64,000 nucleotides of DNA from assembly GCA_016748015.1 (NCBI GenBank), contig JAAOMT010000678.1, positions 668,851 to 732,850 of the forward strand, read 5' to 3'. This DNA comes from Geosiphon pyriformis uo1 (taxonomy: Eukaryota > Fungi > Glomeromycota). Numbering within the stretch: the stretch's first letter is position 1; every line of letters begins with the position of its first letter. The position numbers were made by a program, and so were the translations under genes. Below the pieces are notes generated by a model. That model made no database searches. It saw nothing but the letters and a program-made list of their open reading frames with translations, and had not been told where the DNA came from. Shown in pieces: positions 1 through 12,717 of this stretch.

Positions 1-400
1 TTCTAATTTGTTTGTTAATGAATTCGCAGGTAAAACAATAGGTCTGCCTATTTCCAGTCTCGTCACAATGAGAAAAACAAAAAAACATCATGTGATGTTA
101 AATAAATAAAATTCTTGGAGCAACATTATTTAGAAAATATATCCAGATACACGACCTCCTAAACATCAATATTTATCCAAGACTTCAGAATCTTGTTTGC
201 TTGTTTGTCAAGATTACAACGAAAGTTAGAGGAACCAATTTCATTTTCGATTTTCGCAACGTTTATGGATCATCTCATGAATAAAGATCATGAATCAAAA
301 AAATTCTCCTTTCCATCTGTGATTTCTTTGATTTTAAACTTTCAAAAATAATAAATTTGATTCTAAAGACTAAATATTCAACATTTTGAAGAAATTCACA

Positions 401-1863
401 ATGAAAGAATTGGTAGAAAACTGGTCATATTTGAAAGAACGTCCTGAAAAAACTTTCATTAAATTTCGATTCTTGTTATTATCTCTTTGCGTCATATCAA
501 TGTTATTTTGCACATTAATGATAAAAACCTTTTTATCACAAAACCACAAAAATAATCTACGAACACTGTACATCTCAGTCTCTAAAAGAAGTCTTTTTTA
601 TCATAAGGACTTGGAGACTTCTCTTAATAAAAAAATTGAAAATCTTGCTAAAATTAAAAATTCACCAGCACAATTTAAAGATTCAACCCTAGTTGGTTCT
701 TTGCCGAAAAATAAATATACTGGGCATTCTAGTCAGAAATTACTTATGACTGATGATTTATTTCTTAAAAGACTCGATACAGCTGCGTATTATGCGAGCT
801 TAGCTTATTGCCTTACTGATAGTGAAGATGATAGGGTTTCAGAGACAATTTATGGTGAGCTCAATGAATATAAAAGGCTTGTATCAATCGTTTTGTAATT
901 TAATGTTCTGTTCCTAAACTCATCGAATTGAATTTTAATTTTAGCAAAAGCTCAAATAATAAAAAATGATTTTAAAGAGCATGATATTGTAATGTACATT
1001 CACGGAGTTGGCTACAATGATGCCAAAGCATGGAAAGACCGAGAATTTAAGTTGATAAAACATCCAAAATTGGACATGAAGATTGATGCCATCTTTTGGG
1101 AGCAATGGTCTTTAGCGCATGAAGCGATAGACTCGAAAATCATCAGGGCAATAATCGAGTTTTCGAGAGTTTCAAGATCAATAAAAGGGTTCAGTTTAGT
1201 GGGACATGGTCTAGGTGCCGGTAAGACTCCTTTGTGTGTATATTTAACAGGGGAAATTTGGGTTTTTTAAGTATTAAGCTTGTTCTAAAATGTTATTATA
1301 AACTTTTTTTGTATAGTTCATGCATTACTAACTGCGTTAAGTTGGAGTCAATCATCATTTGCAGTAAGATATGCTATTCAAGTCTATTTGTTTGGAATAC
1401 CTCGTATTGGGGATCAGAAGTTTGCTTCAGCCATCAATTCTTTGACAGCAAAAAACATCCAAGTTCAACGTATCAATTATCTGGACGACTATGTTCCACG
1501 AATTCCATTGAAACTTTCAAACCCTCCCCTAGTTCATCCTACAAAAGAATTTTGGATTTCCTCCGACTGTGCTTGTAATGGAAAACCAGAGGTTTACTGG
1601 TGTTTTGGTACAATATGGCCTGATGGATATATTGGTGAAAGTCAGGTATTTTAAATGAAAACTTGAAAATTACACACATTTTAACTTTGATTTGAAACAT
1701 CTTGGACTCACATTAATTCATCTTGAAAATTTCATTCTAAAAGGAATGCATAAATAGTCAAACTTCTTTAATGAGTACGGCTCATAATGGACCTTATTTT
1801 GGAAATTTCATGAATGATTGCTCGGCAGCTTTGAACCGTATGAACACATTCATGCAGAATTAA
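401..1863 (+). CDS. Lipase class 3-like protein A; nucleophile Ser replaced by Gly (probable pseudoenzyme)
   Basis: Exons 401-854, 945-1220, 1317-1645, 1744-1863 with GT-AG introns, frame continuous. N-terminal hydrophobic anchor (FLLLSLCVISMLFCTLMI), AAYYASLAYC, GHGLGA (GGT at 1208-1210), FGIPRIGD, DDYVPRIP, FWISSDCAC, AHNGPYFG. Confidence 0.9.
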
Positions 1864-2867
1864 ACTTTGAGCCGAAATTTTCGAAATCATCTTAACATAA
1901 GAAACTCATTCTCAGCTATCATTTCATCACAGCGTTTTCCCAAAAATAGTATAAGATCTAATTAGAAAAACACAATTTCAAAAATATCCGGCTTAAAAAG
2001 TAAAATTATATTCTTCGAGATCATATATTCATAATTCGTTGTAAAATCCTTAGGTTCAGGAAAATATTAAGAATTACCAGTCAATTTCTAATCATGTGAT
2101 GAAATAATCGCCCCCAGAAGTCATTTTTTTAAAATTTTTATCGGGGGTCACACAACCAAATCTCGATATACACAAAGAGTAAACATCTCCTGATCATGAA
2201 CAAAAATGTTTACCTAAATAATCAGGAAACGATTCGATGGGAATAGTTGTGTTTATTTTTAAATCTTCAAATAAAGAAATAGTTTCATGTTTTGAAAATC
2301 TAATAATAAGAAATATTACATATGAGCGTGTTCTAGATCTTATACCAACAAGGCCTACAATTAAACCAGAATTCCAAAATCTCAAATTCATAAAAAATAT
2401 ATAACTTATTTATGAATTTAATAATAGGAGGAAGCTCTAAAAAACCTTCTAATAATGAAATTGACTAATCTACTTAATAAGTCCCAACCTTTAAGTTCTG
2501 GTCCTGAAATTGTTCATTAATTCCAATAACGATTATTCAACATCTCTGATTGTGAAAATTATTCGCGGTAGCCAATATTAAAAGTGGAAAAAATTCTTGG
2601 GAAAGATTGTTTCTGGCTGGATCTTTTGGTATAGATTATACTTTTAACAGAAACTTTTAAATAAATTAGATTATAATGTAATTTTTGTCAAAGAAAAGAC
2701 GAAATTCCGGACATTAATATTATGGGTCTAATTTCATACGGAAAAATATATATTGGATTTTAAAAAAATTGATGAAGATATGGGTTTCCCCATAGTCAGA
2801 TCTACAATTTATGTACAAAAATAAATATTTAATACATGAACAAATGAATCGTGAGAATGAGTTATGT

Positions 2868-4154
2868 TTAAAGATTCTGGCAAGTGCCCATGATATAACC
2901 AAAATAAGGTCCATTGTGAGCCAACTTCCCCAATTGTTGATCAGAGTTTCCGTTAATGCAAAACTATTTCAAATTGAAAATAACAAGTTTTAACTTCAAA
3001 AAATTTGTTTATGAGCAAAATTTTGAAATTACCTGATTCTCTTCAATTATACCAGCCTTGTAATTAAGACTCCGTCCTTGGCAAAAATAAATCTCCGTCT
3101 CTTTTGGACATTCACATTCTGACTTTATCCAAATCTCATGTTCGTGATGCATCAGTAAGTGAGGCTTTTGAATCGGTAATCGGGGAACATAATCGTCTGT
3201 ATGTGTCACTCGAATCAATGCAAGATCATTTAACAGGATCATTTGATTTAGAATTTTTGCTAATTCTATATTTCCCATTCTTGGTTGACCAAAAGTGATG
3301 ACAAAAATGGGTGGTAAATTTTGGGTCCTCTCAGAAATCCAGCTAATTGCCGTCAAGACTGCGTAGACTTTTGCGAATTGAAGAAAGATTGCATGAAACT
3401 TGGAAAACTATGTAAAAGTTTTTAAAAGAAAACCCTCTTCACTTACCGCCTCCCACACTATGGCCGATTACATTTATATTTTGGATCAGATCACCTTTAG
3501 TGACCTCCCGAGATAATACTTGATCAAGCCTTTGTCGTATATTATCCTTGGCTAGGATAAACTGGGTTTGAAAAACTGTGTCAATCAGGGCATTTTCGAA
3601 GGTGGAATGGTTAACCAGATGAAATGGGCGTTTAATCCATTCTTCTTGGCTATAGTCCAATCCACTGATATATAAATTGATATAAACTAGTTGTTCACTT
3701 AGACGAACAAGTTCTGCTTTCGCTAAAATTAAAAATTATTAAGCAAATCATTTCCCCTGAATCTAGTAAACTATAAATCTTTTTAAAGAATTAAATTTAT
3801 TTTTAAAGTTTTACCACGAATGCCGGGTGCAACCTCATCTTCATTTTCATCAAGGCAATAAGCAAAACTCGCTAATCGTGCTGCATTTTCGAGATGAGAA
3901 AAAAGTTCTGATTCATTCGAAATACGTATTCTCTGCTGGTTACCCTCTTCTGAAGGCTCGTTCGCACTCTGAAGAAAACTATTTCATGTTTCATGTGAGT
4001 GAAAGAATTTTTAGAATGCTTTCATAAAAATTAATTCATTTTACCTTTTCGGAATGTTCCTCTTTATTTTGACCCCAATTGAAATATCGAAAAGATTTAA
4101 GAGGTAAAGTGAAACAAAAATACAAATTTTTACTCCTTTTGTCTTTAATATCAT
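2868..4154 (-). CDS. Lipase class 3 protein B (Ser-Asp-His triad present)
   Basis: Exons 4154-4045, 3978-3815, 3722-3447, 3367-3033, 2963-2868. Begins MILKTKGVKICIFVSLYLLNLF; AARLASFAYC, GHSVGG, TFGQPRMGN, HTDDYVPRLP, AHNGPYFG. An extra intron (4044-3979) removes an otherwise in-frame TGA. Confidence 0.88.
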
Positions 4155-7100
4155 TCGAAAAATATGAGAAAGCCTTGATGTCAACGTCAAGAAAATGAGA
4201 GTATTTTTATTAGAGTTATTTTCAACTTAAAAAAAAATTAAAATTTCTATTATTTGAGATTGCCCTAAAAATTTATTTTTGCCTTTTTGTTAAAATTTTT
4301 AATCCTCATTCCACACTTTCTAAGCGCGTTGGTTTTTCAATTTCAAAAATAATATATCGTCTCTAATCAAAGCAAACATTTTTGTAGTCAAGCACTAATT
4401 TTGTCATAAGATTTGTCCGAACCAAACAGCATGTCCTTAAGGTAAGTATAATTTGGAAGGATGTTCTCTTTTGGGAATTATGAAATGCTTTATTCGGTTG
4501 ATTTTGGTCTTTTGAAAATTTTGAATCGAGCTCTAGTAAATTATTTTCTTGATTATTTATCAAGCTTGGAACTTAATAGGTTTGTTTCCATCGATCTATA
4601 AAGATAGAGAGAAATTAACTTTGGAACAAACACCGCAGAAAAGAAAGTTTTGACGATTAATATATGACTTATATTTCAAACCAAAAAATCTAGCGTCCAT
4701 ATTTAGTGCTACATAGCGAAGGTTATTAAATCTAGTTAATTTTAAGTAACCTTTAGATTCATGTTTTCTTTGTTTGATAAACAAGATTGTGAGAGCCCTC
4801 TCCTAGCCAAACATCCTTAGTTGTCCAATGAAAATTTACAGTGAATCATTATATGCAATATAAAGTTCCCACTTCTAGTCACGTACTGTAATTCTGAAAT
4901 TTTATTCATCGATTAACGATGGGGATTTTTTATATTTTCCAATGATGGATATCAGGAAAAATTGTCCAGTTTGGTTGAAAGAACTCTGTAAAAAAAATTT
5001 GTTGGACTTTAGCTTGCAAAGAAATACCTTAAAAGATGTATGAACAAAATCACCCTTTGGCAAAGAATGATTTGCTTTTGCAGATTCGCATATTGAATTG
5101 GGCCCGATTATGTCTACAAAATCTGATATCTGATAGACAATCTGGCTTCGTCTTGATCATGACTCTTGTAAATGTTCATATTATTGAAACCTGAAAGGTT
5201 GACAATTTTAAAATTAGGCTCTTTGGGTTTTTTGACAATTAAAAAGATATTATGAAAACCCCTGAAGAAAAATTTTTAAAATAACGTGGATTAATTGCAT
5301 TCGGGATTAGTGCGTAGGTTTACATATATGATTTGCTTTCTCGATATCTCGATATTACAAAAGGAGAAACCATATCCTTATAATCGTACTAATAGACTAA
5401 CTCCTTTTATAGCGAGTCGAACTTTATTCTGTCATATAATAAACCTACTCATTATTTATAATTTGTTGTGATGCCAGGTAAAATGGTATGTTAAAAGAGC
5501 CTACTTTCGGATTGTTAGAATTTCAACAATTTAAATTTTTTTCTGAGCTGAAAAATAGAGTGACGATATCTTTTCTCCATTTAAAGCTCTTTATTGATAG
5601 GAGTCAATGAATTTTGCAAAGTCATATCAAAGATATTTCTTACTTAAAAAGATTTCAAGATGTAGAATGAAATTTTTCCATCTTTTTTTTTTCAAATAAA
5701 AAACTTATCATATAAAAGAAGAAAATTTAAGCGAAATATAAGAGCTCCAATATTCATTGGCAAAGGTTAATATGACCCTTTAGAATATTTTTCTTAGAAG
5801 CTTTAAAAAATAAAAAATTGATTGATCCCAAAAAGTATATCTGGTGTTAGAACTTTAGAATGTTTTAAAGATAAAAAAAGGAGTTGAAAGAACATTCAGA
5901 AAATTAGCTAAACTTTGAAAGCATTATTAATTAATCCTAATGATAAATGGAATATTTTCATGTGAAACAAAAGTTAATTCATCTCAAAAGTTTATTTAAA
6001 CCATAGTATATTAGGATAATTCCTGAGAAAGATATCTTACATCTTTAAATTTCAGAATTACAGTCTTTATTGTACTTTTCTCATTTACATATTTTCTTCT
6101 AATAACCAAAGTATAATGCAACAGTTTTTCTGTAATTAATAAATCATAAGACCTGGTGCACCAACGTGATATGCTCGTTTATATTATAGCTTCTAACGAT
6201 TAAAATAGCGTTAAAAATTTGGAAATCTTTTTTTTTAAATAATTACTCCCTATTTGGCTTTACTTTATCTCATCTTGATAGTACTGCACCCGATTTGAAA
6301 CCTCAAAACTTTAATCTCTGTTGATTCATTGTGATAGACATTATGTTTTTGTTTAAATTTGTGATATTAAAAGGTAATTAAATAGACTCTGCTCTAAAAG
6401 CATAGATAAAGAAATATAAAGATGTCTGCAAGAAACTTTTCCTGCAGAAGTTCATTATCACTATGGGTCATAATACTAAAGCGTTTTAAAAAAAAGATAT
6501 TTGCGAAATTGATCAGCCCAAATACAATTTTTTTAATGCCTTGCGAATTTTTCAAAAGGATTATACTTTCACGCTCTCGCTTCTATTAAATGTTCAATGA
6601 AACAAATATATTAAAACCATTCCTTGAATGAAAATTTAGGTTATATATTTGTTTTCTACAATAGTTTTTCGAGATCATGATAAATTTGATATTTCTATAA
6701 CGGGAGCAAGCTCATACAATATCTCTTTTATCATTGAATGTAAATATTAAAGGAAAAATTTTGCTCGAGACCCATTTCTATTTTGATTATAATCTGCTTT
6801 TCACCCTCTTTCTTTTGAAGATGAAATGATTTCCTTAAAGGAAAAGATATCTAAATTGTTTTTTAATTAATCTATGGGCATTAGATGATGAACTTTCCTT
6901 TTAAATAAAAGAAAGGGCGGAAAATATGATATTTTCAATGTGAGGAACGCCAAACTCGCTTTTCGACACAATAAAGTGCATCGTTTTATTCACAGTTAAT
7001 TTTAGTTAGTCTAAACAGTTTTGAAACCACAAACAGTATCCTATTCGATGTAAACGTTTTAGGAAAGTCAGCAACTTCCATTGTATTTTTAACCTCCGGG

Positions 7101-7653
7101 TAATGTGCTGATATTTAGATCGAGGACACGTCAAAAATTCAATTCCCATCATAAATTACTCCCCAATTTAATGTCTAGAGGAATTATAAGAAATCAGCAT
7201 ATTGAGATATTTCATGTAATTTCCTTTTCAAAACCTTTTATTACAGCCCCCATCCTACCAAGAAATTAACTAATACATGTACATGTATTGATTTTTACAG
7301 CTTTATTGACTGTTGCTCATTCGATAAAAAAGCCATTGATTTTGATAAGGGGCATAATTCAACTTCAACGGTCCGATGATCTTCCGTAGGCTGATTTAGC
7401 AATAGGTGTGACAATCCCTTAAACAAGTTTAGAATTTACACATAGACAAATAGCAACAAACACAACGCGCCCAATTTAAGGGTAGACCAAAAGGGGATCA
7501 TCATCGCGTTAACCCCTCCAAATGACACAGTCACCTTGGTAAATCTTTTTCATTATTCACAATCAACGACTTAAGAGCGAGAATTTCTTGAATACCTATC
7601 GTTGCGCTTTTCAAGTAGGCTCCCAAAAAACCGAACGATCCCATTTTGCCATA

Positions 7654-9612
7654 ATGATTTCTCTTTTGACACGAACAATCTTTCATTTTTTACTTTTTAC
7701 AAATACAATTTATGGATATACACCTGTAGGACGTTATGGACATTCAGCAACACTGATTGGGACAAAGATTTATTTCTTCGGCGGTTTAATAAACGATCAA
7801 AATATATCACCAGAACTTTTTTATCTAGATCTGTCAAAGAATATAAGTACAGCTGATTTAAATTATGTTTCGACGGATTTTTCGATACCTGATGGTATTC
7901 AAGGAGTATTTTCGGCAGCGGTATCTGCTGGAATCACGACGAGTACCACAATTTTTGGGTATGGAGGGGTTAGTATAGAAAAAGAAGACTTTTTTAAAAT
8001 TTTTCTTGGAAATGAAAATATAATGCTTTAACTATAAAGTGGAACTCAATCTCCTTTTAGGAGACAAATGTGGGAAGTATAATTCGTGATCCATTTCAAT
8101 CACCCAACAATACATTCTTTTCAATTGACACACGCAACAGCAGTTCCCCAAGTATATCAATATCAAGACAATCAACAAATGGACCTGGCTCTCGAATGAA
8201 TCTAAATACAGTGATCGACACAAATGGATACATGTATATCTTTGGGGGCTATGATGGAGTATTCAAAGATAGAAGCATGTACATACTTGACACTCGAAAT
8301 CTTACTTGGAGTATTATACTACGGCCCAATGCTCCTGATTTTCTATGGGGCTACACCTCAACCCTCTTGAAAGACGGCCGCATTTTATATATTGGTGGAA
8401 ACCGCGTTGCCACCGAGAATAACCCGAATCGAGGGACCGATATGAATATAGTTGAGTTTTGATTCCCAAGAAAGAAAATTTCAATCATTATTCGATCCCT
8501 CTGAAAGTATTCAGTAACCTCTTCCTCTTACAATTTATATTTAGATTCAAGCATTTAATACGCTAAATAGTCAATGGAGTCAATTGGTAGGTAACTTTTA
8601 AGCTTTAAAAAATAAAAATCATTCTAATTTGATCGTTTCAATCATATCTTAGGTCGCAACTTCAGATGAAATAATTCCAAGCCGGAGTGGACACACTGCA
8701 ATTTTATGTAAGTGAGCGGTAATATCAAGTTTAAATTCCCTCGTTCGATTTTCGAAAAATCGTAATCTTTTCTTTTAATTTCAAAGCCTCTGATGGCAAC
8801 AAAATAATTATCTATGGTGGATCATTAAATCAAACAAGGTGAGTAATTAATGTTTCTTGAAAATTTCCAATTTCAAGACTCATAACGATCAGTTTAATTC
8901 ACAATTTTATTTAGTTCAAATGGTGGAATTGCTGCTTTGGATATTCCATCCTTTCAGTGGTCATTACCATCAAATCAGAATTTAGGTCCATCAGCTATAC
9001 CTAATCAACATACTGCTGTACTCTTTAATGATTATATGATTATAGCTTTTGGTAGGTCAATACATTTCTGAGCTTTATTCATTCTAAAAAGTCTCAATGG
9101 GTTTTCGGTCTTCAGGCAAGAGAAATGACACCTCGAGCGGTGATCTAAATATTCTCGACATTGCCAATGGAAATTACCAGTGGGTAGATTTCACAGATCG
9201 ACCCCTACCATCCTCTCAATCCAAAACTACCCTTGAAAACTCGTCAAACAGCTCAACAACAGAAGAAAATTCAAGTTCAGAATCATTTAATTCAGCCCCT
9301 TCACATAATAATGGCTTGCCTATTTGGAGCATTGTCGTCATGACGATTTTGGCCTTTATTGTTTTCCTAGTTGCTTTTTTTGGAATACGAAAATACTTCC
9401 TAACCCGTCCACATATAACGGATCAACCTACCACATCACATATATCTAGTACATCACATATACCTAGTGTTTTTTCCGTTGAAGGTTCTCCTAAATTGCT
9501 TAGGGATTCTAATGAAGTGGTTGACAATCAGGTTTATGTGAATAGACTCACACGGGTAAAATCTTTAAATTGGTTGCCCCAAAAAACTATTGCCAGCTCT
9601 TCTAAACAATAA
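7654..9612 (+). CDS. Kelch-repeat (galactose oxidase-like beta-propeller) type I membrane protein
   Basis: Exons 7654-7968, 8061-8450, 8545-8586, 8653-8707, 8787-8838, 8915-9051, 9116-9612. Signal peptide MISLLTRTIFHFLLFTNTIYG; Kelch motifs (RYGHSATLIGTKIYFFGG, MYIFGG, ILYIGG, RSGHTA..IIIYGG, QHTAV..MIIAFG); Ser-rich stalk; TM IWSIVVMTILAFIVFLVAFFGI followed by RK; cytoplasmic tail. Confidence 0.88.
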
Positions 9613-11625
9613 CTTTCTACAAATATTTGTTTAAATCAAACAATTATTCATTCTGAAAATTTTCACTAAATTAATTTTGAATTTCCTTCCATAACAGAAA
9701 GACCCTCGATATTTTAAATGTAATGCTACAAATATAAAGTCATTTTTCAACTATTTTAATGAGGCAGTCACCCATCAGATGCAAAAAATATTATCCTCGA
9801 GGACGATAAATTTTGACTATTTCTTGTGAAGGATTGCATTACAGTTTTATAAAAATTCAATTATTATCAAAGTTTCTTTAAAACGGCTTGCTATGAAAGT
9901 TTAAAATATACCGGGTTTTTTTTGAACCAATTCCGATTTCCGAGTATATTTGGGACATACGTATACCTCGTCAAAAAGATATTGTGCGAGTCATTAACAC
10001 AGTTTTCCAATGGACTGCTATATTCCTAGTTATGAATGATGATTTTTTGCTTAAGAAACCTGGCAGATAATCTTGCATAAGTTATTTAATACGATCGAAG
10101 CCGAGGTAGAGAAGGAGTAGTTTCCAAGTCATGATTGATCAAATGGGAAATTTTAATGTGCAAATCTTTTAATTTATTGCATGTAGAAGGAACCCTCTCA
10201 TAGGAAAGCTTCTTCAGCAACAAAAGGAAAAAATTATTTTAGAAAGTTTACTGTTTATTGTAAAATTTCAAATCTGCTTAGCACCACAAAATTGCTCTTG
10301 CAGTTTCGCACGTTTTCTCAGTGTTATCAGTAATGAATACATATCATAGAAAAGCACAAGTGACAAAAGCATGATTTTTTGAATTATGTAAAAAGTTTAT
10401 AATAAGTTAAAAATATTTAGTCCGCAAATTTTATGGTTTTGAAAGGAGCCAAGCTAATATATATAAATAAAATTACTTCTCTCCTTTTGATAAAAATATC
10501 AATTTACCAAGCTATTTTTCTAGCAAAAACACCAATCCTTATTAAAAACTGAATAATTAAAATAACTTATTTATTAATTTTAACTGACAATTTTTTCATA
10601 AATATAAAATTGTTGCTTTATCTCTTTTCTTTTTCATTCCAGTCTATACAATATTACACCATTTTTCTCCACCACCATTACCATTAATCTTAACATTATT
10701 GATTTCTTATCCATAAAACAAGCCCTTGATTTCAAGCCGTATTTCTTATTAAAGTAATGAAATTAGCCGGTCAAAAAATTGTATACCAATTTGTTTAAAT
10801 GTGAAAATTTTAATCCAAATTGTATTTTTGATAAAATGAGAAAAAAAATTATGAAAAGTTTTATACAAAAACTTTGTATTTTTATTAAAAATCTTAATCA
10901 ATCTCATAATCTTGATAAAAACAACTTACAATAACCAAATTTATTGATTATAAAAAAGCACCACTTTGGCAATTCAGAGTCTTATGTAAATTTTATTTCA
11001 ATTATAAACTGCGAATCAAAGCTAGGAAAACAATAATTTGAACTTAGTTTATAGCAATAACTATATTCAAATAATACAAATAATGCGATTTTTATTATAT
11101 AAAATAATCGTAATAACTCCAACGATAATTGCTACACTGACTGTCACGTGCATTAATAACATTCAACTTCCGGTCATCCTTTATTTGGTTTCAGAAAAAG
11201 TTTCTGATCTCTTTTCATATGTCAAAGGACTGGGTGAACGGAAATACCAAATATTTTGAGATTCGAGAACATTACTTAAATATACTTTGGAAAATTATTT
11301 GAAAACGCCTAGCCTTAATGTTTAAGACAAATTAAAAATATAATAAAAACTCCAGCTATAAACTTTAAGGCCAAATTTAGCTTTTTCTAAAGAATCAAAA
11401 TGGAGCAGAAAGTTTTTACCCGATAAAAAGCCTGCAACTTGAAAAAAATTTAGAAAGAAACTACTAAACAAAATAGAGTCAAAAAGCTTGGGCAAATACA
11501 AGAATTCAGTTGTTATAGATTAAAAAATTTAAGTAGCACAGCATCTTTAAGACCACCCCCTCACCACATGAACAACTCTCAATAAAATGAGTTGCTTCCC
11601 AACCATACTAAACGTATAAAATTAA

Positions 11626-11790
11626 GGGTCTTTCTCGCGGCGGACCACGTACTCGACCCAATAAAAAATTATCCCGTCGCCATTTCCTTTAGGAAATCTG
11701 AAGTAGTAGCGGCTAGCGCTGTGCAATGCTATCTGCCACCACCTGCCTAACCACCTTCATGATCATGCTCAGAACAAGGCAGGTAATTAT
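11626..11790 (-). ncRNA. U1: U1 spliceosomal snRNA (variant or pseudogene)
   Basis: Minus strand reads ATAATTACCTG (U1 5' end, canonical ATACTTACCTG); SL1 loop GATCATGAAG (U1-70K site); SL2 with ATTGCAC loop (U1A site) closed by TAGC/GCTA and GGTGGTGGC/GCCGCTACT; SL3 ATTTCC-TAAA-GGAAAT; Sm-like AATTTTTT; SL4 GGGTC...CGTGG-TCCG-CCGCG...GACCC. Length 165 nt. Confidence 0.92.
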
Positions 11791-12180
11791 AAAGATAAAA
11801 TATGGTGTGTAAAATTATCATATTTAAAAAAGTTTTGTTAATTCAATGCAAAGATCGTAATTGTGGGATAATATTTTTAATTGTTTCTAATATGTTTAAT
11901 ACAGCTTGATCATAAAAAGAAAAAGAAATTTTGTCAAATAGTATTTCAATATAGAGCAAGTTCTTTATCCACAAAATTGCTCAATTCGTTTGGCGAATTA
12001 GTAAATTAGCTCAATCAACTATAATTGTAATTCATTTAAAAAAATTGTCAAATATTAAGAGGCAACTATTACCGTTTAAATGCATCGACAATAGAAAAAT
12101 TCGATGATAAATAAATCCGGAATTATTTTATTCATTATATGCTTCTTTATTTTTAAATAATGATATTTGCTTTTTTATTA

Positions 12181-12333
12181 CACTACGCAAAAACAGGTGT
12201 CCGCTTTTTCATTGATACAGCTAACTATCCCACATGGTACTAAGTCTAGCTAATTCTATATAGTCGTGGCACTGCAAAACATCACATCTCCCTAGTGGAG
12301 GCTACAGCCCAGCTTATACTAAAAGGAGGTTAA
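12181..12333 (-). mobile_element. Putative right end of a Fanzor-carrying DNA transposon (CACTA-like terminus; candidate omegaRNA region)
   Basis: GC-elevated 153-nt segment directly downstream of the Fanzor stop, with hairpins (12219-12226/12243-12251; CTCC-CTAGT-GGAG; GGCT-AC-AGCC). It ends at plus-strand CACTACGCAAAAA (12181), where AT-rich flank resumes. Partner TIR not found. Confidence 0.5.
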
Positions 12334-12717
12334 TCAATTCTCTTCTAAACGGCGTTGGCACCCGTTCTTAGCAGAGTTTATGGACAAGAAGATATTCCTT
12401 ATATTTTGAGTGGCGTTTACGTCACGATTCCAGTGGGTCTATGAGAAAAGAAGATGCAAAATATAAGAAATAAGGAAAATATTAATATAGAGTTTCCAAT
12501 AACAAACATACACTTACCATACATATGTCTTCACATACTCAGGCTGACTAAAATCGCTGACATTCACCAAACCACCCATTACACAAAAGAAAAAATTTTG
12601 TCGAAATTCATCGACCATCCTCACCCTACACCTCTTCCTCAATTCTTGATACAATCCTTTTACTGGTCCTGTCGCATGACCATCCCCAAATACCATCACT
12701 GTACTTGCTACATGCAA
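12334..12717 (-). pseudogene. Fanzor (eukaryotic TnpB-like RuvC nuclease) C-terminal remnant with spliceosomal intron
   Basis: VFGDG..GPVKGLYQELRKRCRVRMVDEFR (RuvC-II); frameshifted Zn-finger region with stops (RF*SA*VCEDICM); GTAAGT..CATAG intron 12517-12439; then THWNRDVNATQNIRNIF (RuvC-III RDxNA), stop at 12336-12334. Confidence 0.85.

Noticed and set aside
3815-4044. Apparent nonsense codon making lipase B a pseudogene
   Set aside because: The TGA (3986-3984) lies inside a plausible GT-AG intron whose removal gives a clean frame from ATG 4154.
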